Below are positions 37,500 through 48,149 of a stretch of 64,000 bases of DNA, piece after piece. The first letter of the stretch is position 1. Each line of letters begins with the position of its first letter. This DNA comes from Okamejei kenojei (taxonomy: Eukaryota). The notes under the pieces are model-generated. The model did not search any database. It saw only the letters and a program-made list of their open reading frames with translations, and had not been told where the DNA came from. The stretch spans positions 7,502,001 to 7,566,000 of the forward strand of contig CM069133.1 of NCBI GenBank assembly GCA_035221665.1, written 5' to 3'. A program made the translations under genes and the position numbers.

Positions 37500-37892
37500 A
37501 CATCACCTATCCATGTTCTCCAGACATGCTGCCTGACCCGCTGAGTTACTCCAGCACTCGGTGAAATGTCACCTATCCATGATCTCCATAGATGCTGCCT
37601 GACCCACTGAGTTACTCCAGCACTCAGTGAAAAGTCAACCTATCCATGTTCTCCACAGATGCTGCCAGACCCACTGAGTTACTCCAACACTCTGTGAAAA
37701 GTCACCTATCCATGTTCTCCACAGATGCTGCCTGACCCGCTGAGTTACTCCAGCACTCGGTGAAACGTCACCTATCCATGATCTCCACAGATGCTGCCGA
37801 CCCGCTGAGTTACTCCAGCACTCTGTGAAACATCACCTATCTATGTTCTCTAGAGATGCTGCCTGACCCGCTGAGTTACTCCAGCACTCTGT
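37500..37892 (+). repeat. 66-bp minisatellite (~6 copies) derived from a Penelope-associated 3' motif
   Basis: Unit GTCACCTATCCATGTTCTCCACAGATGCTGCCTGACCCGCTGAGTTACTCCAGCACTCGGTGAAAC; starts at ~37503, 37568, 37634, 37701, 37767 and 37833. Confidence 0.9.
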
Positions 37893-37994
37893 CTTCTATG
37901 CTGGCTTCCTTTGCCAATCTGAACCACCAACAGTACTGCACAGGAACAGGCTTTTTTTGATAGCCCTCGCTCATGTCTCGTGTACCCCACAGTT

Positions 37995-38505
37995 AACCAT
38001 ATAACAACCATATAACAATTACAGCACGGAAACAGGCCCTCTCGGCCCTTCCAGTCCGTGCTGACCATTTGTTTTCCCCTAGTCCCATCTACCTGCACTC
38101 AGACCATACCCCTCCATTCCCTTCCCGTCCATATACCTATCCACTTTACTTTTAAATGTTAAAATCGATCCTGCCTCCACCACTTCTGCTGGAAGCTCAT
38201 TCCACACAGCCACCACCCTCTGAGTAAAGAAGATCCCCCTCACGTTACCCCTAAACTTCTGTCCCTTAATTCTCATGTCATGCCCTCTTGTTTGAATCTT
38301 CCTACCCTCAATGGGAAAAAACGTATCCACGTCAACTCTGTCTATCCCTTTCATCATTTTAAAGACCTCAATCAAGTCCCCCCTTAACCTTCTGCGCTCC
38401 AAAGAATAAAGACCTAACTTGTTCAACCTTTCTCTGTAACATAGTTGCTGGAAACCCTGGCAACATTCTAGTAAATTTCCTCTGTACTCTCTCTATTTTG
38501 TTGAC
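37995..38505 (-). mobile_element. CR1 3' fragment
   Basis: ORF 38079-38426: LGLYSLERRRLRGDLIEVFK..FFTQRVVAVWNELP. Confidence 0.9.
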
Positions 38506-38529
38506 CCTTCTGCCCTTGCTCCTGAAATT

Positions 38530-39260
38530 TCCACCCCCTCCAACGGGATCCCACCACTAGCCACATTTTCCCATCTCACCCCACCCCCCCCCCCCCCCCC
38601 CCATTTTACCTCCTCCCTCGAATCTGTCCAGGGACCCTGACAGTCTTTTCAGGTTAGGCAGAGGTTCACTTGCACCTCCTCCAACCTCATCTACTGTATC
38701 CATTGTTCAAGATGTGGACTCCTATACATCAGCGAGACCAAACGCAGACTGGGCGATCGTTTTGCGGAACACCTTCGCTCAGCCCGCCTGAACCAACCTG
38801 ATCTCCCGGTTGCTGGACACTTTAATTCTCCTTCCCATTCCCACACAGACCTTTCTGTCCTCGGTTTCCTCCATTGTCAGAGTGAGGCTAAACGCAAATT
38901 GGAGGAACAGCATCTCATATTTCGCTTGGGCAGCTTACAGCCCAGTGGTGTGAATATTGATTTCTCTCACTTCAGGTAGCCCCGGCATTCCCTCTCTCTC
39001 TATCCCTCCCCCACCCAAGTCGCACCAGCTTCTCGTTTTCACCCAACAAACAGCTTACAATGGCCTCTTTTCTTTTATCATCGATACTTTTTTGCATATC
39101 TTTCATTCATTGTTCTTTATCTCTCCACATAACCGTCTATATCTCTCTATTTCCCTTATCCCTAACAAGTCTGAAGAAGGGTCTCGACCCTAAACGTCAC
39201 CCATTCCTTCTCTCCAGAGATGCTGCCTGATCCGCTGAGTTACTCCGGCTTTTCGTATCT
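38530..39260 (+). mobile_element. Penelope-like element 3' part (GIY-YIG endonuclease and 3' repeat with hammerhead-like core)
   Basis: FTCTSSNLIYCIHCSRCGLLYISETKRRLGDRFAEHLRS..KLEEQHLIFRLGSLQPSG; CTGAAGA-AGGGTCTCGACCC-TAAAC at 39171-39195. Confidence 0.85.
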
Positions 39261-39336
39261 ATTGTAGACTTTGTTTAATGTTGCTTTTCCATCAGATGGC
39301 ACCATAGATTACTCAAATCTTGTGTCGAATGATTAA

Positions 39337-40027
39337 AGGACCTGTCCCATTTACGTGTCCTTGGCACGCAAATTACGCTACCTCGAGGTCGCGTTGAGAC
39401 ACGATGGTCGAGCGAAGGTCGAAGGGGATTTCATGCGTACGCACAGCCGTCTGGAGCGTGTGACGTCATTTGAAGATGGACACAAAGCTGGAGTAACTCA
39501 GCGGGACCGGCAGCATCTCTGGAGGGAAGGAATGGGTGATGTTTTGTGTCGTGACTTCTTCAGTCTGAAAAGAAGAGTTTTGACCCGAAACGTCACCCAT
39601 TCCTTCTCTCCAGAGATGCTGCCGGTTCCGCTGAGTTACTCCTGCATTTTGTGTCTATATTCAATTTTCTTGGCCCACTCTGGGAGTAGAAGTGTGGACG
39701 GATCCGGACCGCAACGGACGTGTGCCCCAGACCGAGCTCGGTGATCGATTGCCTGCTTCTGCTGCTGTTGGAGGTGAGATGTTGTGTCGCGCCAGGGTCT
39801 TGGGCCTGTCCCACTTTGGCCATCAGTTACGCGACAGGCAGTCGGCGCGAAAAGATTTTGTTCACTACAAAAATTTCAGAGCCCCGTGCGATGTCGCGCA
39901 CAACTACATACCCCTCTGCGCTTCGCAGTGGGACCGGCCCCGTGTGGCCACACGATGCCCATGCGCCTCAACTCGACCACGAGGTTGCGTAATTTGCGTG
40001 CCAAGGACACATAAGTGGGACAGGCCT
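39337..40027. mobile_element. PIF/Harbinger-type MITE with a nested palindromic insertion
   Basis: ~60-bp TIRs (AGGACCTGTCCCATTTACGTGTCCTTGGCACGCAAATTACGC / reverse); TAA and TTA flanks; insert at 39479-39655. Confidence 0.8.
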
Positions 40028-40306
40028 TTAAGGACATTCATATCGGCATGCAGTTTGGAAACAGGCCCATCAGTCCAACTTGCAGAGGAACAAGCCCTTT
40101 GGTAATATATTATTACATTACAGTACACTTCAGCAAAATACACTATAATATTATAACATTATAACACGCTATGACAATAACACACTTTAACACACTAATA
40201 CAATATTATATACCATAATACAATATAATTAAAATACATTATAACACACGATAATACATATATACACGTTAACACGATATCACACGATAAAACATTAGAA
40301 CACTTA

Positions 40307-40450
40307 CGTGTACATATGGACGTGAAGGGAATGGAGGGGTATGGTCTGAGTGCAGGTTAGATGGGACTAGGGGAAAACAAATGGTCGGCACGGACTGGAA
40401 GGGCCGAGAGAGGGCCTGTCTCCGTGCTGTAAATTGTTTGTTATATGGTT
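40307..40450 (+). mobile_element. Short CR1 3' insertion with 8-bp TSD
   Basis: Flanked by AACACTTA at 40299-40306 and 40451-40458; same subfamily as 37995-38505. Confidence 0.8.
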
Positions 40451-42870
40451 AACACTTAACAAACTAGAATCTGTTATAACACTTACAATAACATCAACGA
40501 AACACATTATAAAACATCATAACTTTTATTCTGTTTCATAGTGTATTTTCCTGTAGTATAGTGTTTTTTATTCTAGTGAGTTATGTTTACAATGGTGTAT
40601 TGTCTATAGTGTTTAGTGTATATAGTTGATAGAGGGATAGAGATAAAGATATTGAACTAGATCGATAGTTAGACATGGATGGGGATAGAGATTGAGATAC
40701 TATAATGATATACTATAATAAATATATAAAATACTATAATAAATATATAATATACTAATAAAAATACTACTAAAAATACTACAATCCTTTAACATTATAA
40801 TATATTTTATAATTAACACATTATATTATACATAATACTGCTAATATTGTGCATAATATTGCATATAACCTTTTACAATATAACAATATAACACTAAAAC
40901 ATACGCTAAACACTAACACACTTTATCCTATAAAACACTATATCACTATAATACACTATACCACACTAACAGTATAATCACACGATAATACATTTTGACG
41001 CTTAACACATCACCTGCTATCACTATATTACAATGAAATACACTATGAATTAGTATAACATACTCTTTAGTTAGTGTTAGTGTGTTATAGTTTATTATAG
41101 TATTCTTGTATATTTTAGTATTATATTAGTGTGTTATACTGTTATAGTGAGTTATTCAATTTTAGTGATAGTTTTTATAATGTGTTAAATGTAGGATACG
41201 ATAGATATAACCCACTAAAACAGATGCTGTGTTGTATTGTTGTTGTTTATTCGTATGTGTTTTAGTGTATTATAGTTATAATGTGCATATAATTGTACTA
41301 TAATTGTGTCGTAATTGACTGCTTCATTTTATATAGTATTTTATAGTAGGATATAGTATAAACTAAATAATATACCATTAACACACTAACCCTATAATAT
41401 GATATTGCACGATAATACATTATAACAGAACACTAGGATCTGCTGTAACACCACAACACTATAAGACAATGTAACACACTATAAAACATTGTAAAATACT
41501 GGCTAGTTAGTGCGCTATAGACTATTATAGTGCTCTTGTTATTGTTGCGTGTTATTGTAATTATAGTGATATGGTGTGTTATAATATGTTACAGTATATT
41601 ATAATGTGTTGTATTGTTGTTGTGTATTATGGTGTCTGCTAATGTATATAGCGTGTTGCTATGTATTATGTGTAAATTTCCTGTATTTACGTGTAATTTA
41701 GTACAGTGTAATGTTTATAATAGTGCATCGTATACAGTAGACAGTGCATAGGATAGTATAGTATAATAAACATAATTGTGTATTATAGCGTACCTTGTAT
41801 TATAATGTTATGGTGTATTACAGGATGTTGCAGTGAGTGAAAGGTTAATGTGTTAGAGTGCGTTATGGTATGTTATAGAGTTTCATAGCGTTTTAAAGGC
41901 GTGTTAATGCGTGTTATACGGTGTTAAAAAAGTGTATATATTGCGTTATAGTGTATTTTAGATGTGTAATGTATTATAGTGCGTTATAGTATATTGCAAT
42001 GCGTTAGAATGTGTTATAGTGCATTGTAGTGCTATATTGTAATATAATGTATAATGTGTTATAGTTATGTGTTGTAGTGCATCTTAGTGTAATAGTGTAA
42101 TTAATCGTGTTGTAATGTGTTACAGTATAATGTATTATTGTGTATTACAGTGTGTTATTGCGTTGAACTGTGTTATAGTTATGTGTTGTAGTGCATCTTA
42201 GTGTTATAGTGTAATTAATCGTGTTGTAATATCTGCAATAATATTATCACTATAACACAATGTAACACACCATAAAACAGTATAACATACTAATAGTGTT
42301 AGTGTGTTATAGTTTATTACAATATATAGTTTATAATACTTATAACGTATAATATAACACACTAACACACCATAACGCACTTTAAAACAATATAACACTA
42401 ATATAATATATATTACAATATAACACTAATATAATACACAATCACAAACACACTAAACACACTAATAAACACACTTTAACACGCTATAATGCACTCTAAC
42501 ACATTAACACTTTCACACACTGCAACATCCTGTAATACACCATAACAATATAATACAATAAGGTACACTATAATACACAATTATGTTTATTAGTTACAGG
42601 GTTTTGTAGAGCATTATAGTGCATTAGTGTTATAGTGTGTCATAATAAACATAATATAATATGTGTTTAATAAACATAATATGTGTGTTTATTATACTAT
42701 ACACTGTCTACTGTATATGATACACTCTTTAGTAAATTACACATGAATACAGGACAATAACACTTATAATACACAGCAACACACCATAATACTCTTTAAC
42801 ACTTTCATACACTGTCAAATCCTGTAATACACCAAAACATAATACACCTAAGGCACACAATAGTTTATAT

Positions 42871-43379
42871 TATATTCGGGATCAAACATTTATCCTCCAG
42901 CGATTGGTCGAGAGAGCGTCACGTGATTTGATATAATTTCAACTATTTTAGAATGTTGGCACGCTGACACTCCAACGATGTACTATTTACAAAATGACAT
43001 CACTTTTATGACGACATTTTGTAAATAGCATTTACTATGTCGGGAAATCATGTCACAGCTCCGCGTGCATGTAACGGGAAACTCTCGCGCTGCCACGGCT
43101 ACAGCGCCACCTCTCGTCTCGACAAGTGCAGTGACTCCAACTCTGCCGCTTTCGTCGGGAGATCGCCCGCTGAAAGGGCATTTTCGGAAAATCTCCCGCT
43201 CTCGATCCCAAATATAAAACAAATATCCTTGGCCTTATTTCGAGTTTCTGGTTTAAACTATGGGCCTCGGTGCCTCCAAATAGTACTATTCACTTCGGGG
43301 CTGCGCCCCTCAGTGAATAGTACTATTTTGGAGGCACCTCTGCCCATAGTTTAACCAGAAACTCTCAAGCCCAAGTATA
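42871..43379. mobile_element. Unclassified non-autonomous element with long terminal hairpin (Crypton-like?)
   Basis: Absent from the paralogous site at ~56450-56480; 123-bp palindrome at 43242-43364; TATATTCGGGATC / GATCCCAAATATA inverted motif. Confidence 0.5.
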
Positions 43380-43418
43380 TTTGTATAATATACTATCCTA
43401 TGCAATGTGTATTACATA

Positions 43419-45037
43419 CAGTGGCTTGCAAAAAGTATTCATACCCCTTGAACTTTTCCACATTTTGTCACGTTACAACCACAAACGTAAATGTATTTTA
43501 TTGGGATTTTATGTGATAGACCAACACAAAGTGGCGCATAATTGTGAAGTGGAAGGAAAATGATACATTGTTTTCAAATTTTTTACAAATAAAAAGCTGA
43601 AAAGTGTGGCGTGCAAAAGTATTCATCCCCCTTTTACTCTGATACCCCTAAATAAAATCCAGTTGAAACCAATTGCCTTCAGAAGTCACCTAATTAGTAA
43701 ATAGAGTCCACATGTGTGTAATCTAATCTCAGTATAAATACAACTGTTCTGTGAAGGCCTCAGAGGTTTGTTAGAGAACATTAGTGAAGAAACAACATCA
43801 TGAAGCCCGAGGAACACACCAGACAGGTCAGGGATAAAGTTGTGGAGAAAGTTTAAAGCCGGGTTAGGTTATAAAAAAATATCCCAAGCTTTGAACATCT
43901 CACGGAGCACTGTTCAATCCATCATCCGAAAATGGAAAGAGTATGGCACAACTGCAAACCTACCAAGACATGGCCGTCCACCTAAACTGACAGGCCGGGC
44001 AAGGAGAGCATTGATCAGAGAAGCAGCCAAGAGGCCCATGGTAACTCTGGAGGAGCTGCAGAGATCCACAGCTCAGGTGGGAGAATCTGTCCACAGGACA
44101 AATATTAGTCGTGCACTCCACAAATCGGGCCTTTATGGAAGAGTGGCAAGAAGAAAGCCATTGTTGAAACAAAGCCATAAGAAGTCCCGTTTGCAGTTTG
44201 CCACAAGCCATGTGGGGGACACAGCAAACATGTGGAGGAAGGTGCTCTGGTCTGATGAGACCAAAATGGAAGTTTTGGCCTAAATGCAAACGGTATGTGT
44301 GGTGGAAAACTAACACTGCACATCACCCTGAACACACCATCCCCACTGTGAAACATGGTGGTGGCAGCATCATGCTGTGGGGATGCTTTTCTTCAGCAGG
44401 GACAGGGAAGCTGGTCAGAGTTGATGGGAAGATGGATGGAGCCAAATACTGGGTAATCCTGGAAGAAAACCTGTTAGAGTCTGCAAAAGACTTTTGACTG
44501 GGGCGGAGGTTCACCTTCCAGCAGGACAACGACTGTAAACATACAGCCAGAGCTACAATGGAATGGTTTCGATCAAAGCATATTCATGTGTTAGAATGGC
44601 CCAGTCAAAGTCCAGACCTAAATCCAATTGAGAATCTCTGGCAAGACTTGAAAATTGCTGTTCACAGACGCTCTCCATCCAATCTGACTGAGCTTGAGCT
44701 ATTTTGCAAAGAAGAATGGGCAAAAATTTCAGTCTCTAGATGTGCAAAGTTGGTAGAGAGATACCCCAAAAGACTTGCAGCTGTAATTGCAGCGAAAGGT
44801 GGTTCTACAAAGTATTGACTCAGGGGGGGCTGAATACTTTTGCACGCCACACTTTTCAGTTTTTTATTTGTAATAAAATTTGGAAACCATGTATCATTTT
44901 CCTTCCACTTCACAATTATGCACCACTTTGTGTTGGTCTATCACATAAAATCCCAATAAAATACATTTACGTTTGTGGTTGTAACGTGACAAAATGTGGA
45001 AAAGTTCAAGGGGTATGAATACTTTTGCAAGCCACTG
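43419..45037 (+). mobile_element. Tc1-family DNA transposon (IR/DR type, Passport-like), full length
   Basis: TA TSD at 43417-18 and 45038-39; ~210-bp TIRs beginning CAGTGGCTTGCAAAA; 1619 bp. Confidence 0.96.
43800..44818 (+). pseudogene. Tc1 DD34E transposase with about 3 frameshifts
   Basis: MKPEEHTRQVRDKVVEK/FKAGLGYKKISQ..GRPPKL..WSDETK/..[13 protein letters not shown]../[13 protein letters not shown]. 34 residues between the second D and E. Confidence 0.9.
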
Positions 45038-46775
45038 TATATGATACACTAATATATACATCTCACTGTACTAAAATACACGTAAATACAGTAAAATACA
45101 ATATAACACATGATACACAATAACACATACCATAATACAAAACAGTACAACACACAATACTGTTTTATAGTGTCTTATACATTGTCTTATAGTGTTACAG
45201 CAGATTCTAGTGTTATAATGTATTATCGTGCGATATCGTATTATAGTGTTAGTCTGGTGTGGTGTGATGTATGTTTGTAAGTGTGTGTTATGCGGTATTA
45301 TACAGCTATATGTATTATATTGTGATGCGTATTATATCATTTATACCAATATATTCTACTACAAACTACTATATAAAACAATACAGTAACTTATTACACA
45401 TAATACGAAATTTTAATTTACTATTATACAATATAATATACATTAATTCTCTATAATACACATTATCACATTAAAAATACATAACACATATAAAAAATAA
45501 CACAGTATCACACTTTTACCACTATAATACATTCTAATACATTACAACATTATAAAATACTATAACCCACTTTAACACACTATACGCACTACAACACACT
45601 ATATTATAATCTCAGTGTAATTTACTATAACACATAATACACTATAATACGTCTAGCACAATATAACAATATACCGTACCAAATTATAAAACACTATCAC
45701 ACGTTATAATAGAATTTAACACATAATCACACTCTTTTAAACACAATAATACATTATAACACACTATAGCACAATAAATACACTATAACACACAGATACA
45801 TAATAATGCACTACGACATGTAGCTATAACACATGAAATACCGTATAATACAGCATAACACTGCAATGCACTATAACATTTATAACGCTATTATAATGCT
45901 TTAACAATTGCAATATAATATAACGGACTATATACACTATAACGCAATCTAACACATTGTAACACCCAAATTCGTACTATAATACACTATAACATGATAA
46001 CACACTATAACACTATATAACAATTTAATACACTTTAACAATTGAATTCACTATAACACTATAATAATACATTATTGTGCATATCTGCTATAATTATATT
46101 GCAATGAAACACACTATGAATCAGTATAACACTATATTGTGTTGGTGTTAGTGTGTTATGGTTTATTATTGTTGTATATTTTAGTGTTATATTTTAGTGT
46201 AATAGTGAGTTATTCTATATGGTGATAGTGTTTTTATAATGTGTTACATATTATAATATGTGTTGTATTGTTATGTATTAATGTGTGTTATCGTGCATTA
46301 CAGCGTGTTATTGTGTATCATAAGTGTTATCGTGTATTACAGCGTGTTATTGTGTATCATAAGTGTTATCGTGTATTACAGCGTGGTAGTACAATAAACA
46401 TAATTGTGAACTATAGTGGGTCAGTGTTATATTCTAAAGTATTATGGTATTAGTGTGTTATAGTATTATGTATTATGTATAATATAATATGTTAGCATAG
46501 TTTTTTTTGTATAGAATAATGTATTATAGTTTATTAGTATATCTTCATCTCTGGCTCAATCTATATATCTCTATAAACTCTATACACTATATACGATACG
46601 AATACAGGAAAATACTATAAAACAGAATAACATTTATAGCGTTATAACAGATTCTAGTATGTTGTATTATAATGTTTTATCGTGTGATATCATGTTATCG
46701 TGCATATATATATTACATCGTGTTAAGGTGTTAATACTGTGTTATAATTATATTGTATTATGGTATATGGTATAT

Positions 46776-47207
46776 CCTGATTTTAAATTGTCTGACAACA
46801 ATTAGTGTCTGTAATAAGATAAAATATCTAGGGCGTATTATTACAGAACAAATGACAGATGATGAGGATATTTATAGGCAACGACGCATGCTGTATATAC
46901 AGGCGAATATCCTCTTGCGTAAATTTGGTGCATGTGCAGATGTGGTGAAGATGTCACTATTTAGAGCATACTGCACACCCCTCTACACTGCGCACCTGTG
47001 GTCGAACTATTTAAAGACAAGTATGCAGAGACTAAAGGTTGCGTATAACGATGCCATGAGAACACTGCTAAGGCAACCAAGATGGTGTAGTGCCAGTAAT
47101 ATGTTTGTGGCTGCAGGAGTCAGTACTTTGGAAGCTATCCTAAGACAACACATGTATAAATTCATTTGCAGGATAAATGAAGTTATTATTATTATTATTA
47201 TTATTAT
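46776..47207 (+). mobile_element. LINE RT C-terminal fragment (RTE-X-like; clade tentative)
   Basis: KYLGRII..DDEDIYRQRRMLYIQANILLRKF..LFRAYCTPLYTAHLW; (ATT)n tail. Confidence 0.7.
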
Positions 47208-48149
47208 ATGGTTATTGTATTATGTCTTGTAGAGTGTTATTCTTGTAATGTATTATAGCGTGTGATAGTATTATAATGTTATAGTGTAGTGTACTGTGTA
47301 GTTTACTGCAATGTGCTAATATATTACGTTAGTGTTATGTTGTATTATTACTGCATTATAGTATTATAATGTGATAGATTATTATTGTGTATTATATGGT
47401 ATTATAGTTACAGGGTTTTGTAGTGCATTATAGTGCGTTAGTGTTATAGTGTGTCATACTTTATTATAATGCATTTTATAGCGTATGTTTTTATAATAAA
47501 TGTTATAGCGCATTGTAGTGCATTGTAGTGTCTTTAAGTGTTATATTGTGTATTGTTTGTTTATGGCATTATTCTATGATATACGTATTTTATACATTTC
47601 ATTATATAGTAAGATACAGTGTGCATTATAGTGTTATTTTGCATTATATAGTATATATTGTGTTATATATATTATATATATTGCGTTAATCATTGTTTTA
47701 GTGTATTATAGTCTGTTATAGTGTAATACTGTAGTGTATTTATAATGTGATAGCGTGTTCGTGTATTATAGTATTAATAGTGCGTTATACTGTTATATGT
47801 ATCATAATTTTACATATATAATATTATACTATTATAATGTTATATTGTAATGTGTCATAATATTAGTATGTGTGTTATCGTATTGTATTATAGTATTAGT
47901 GTGTCTTATTATGTATTATAATGTTATAGTTAGTATTAGTACAATGAGTTTGTAGTGCATTATAATGAATTTTATATTGTGTTAGTATTATATATCATAA
48001 GTATTATAGTATTAGTGCATAATAGTGTTTTATAGTTTATTATAGTGTATCTTTTTAAATAGTTCAATTACTATATCCATCTATATATACATATATATAT
48101 ATCTTTAACGATCTATCTGTATATTTATCTTTCTCTATATCTCGATATC

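Noticed and set aside
37500-37892. Regular repeat resembling a CRISPR array
   Set aside because: The context is eukaryotic, and the units are fully repeated with no unique spacers.
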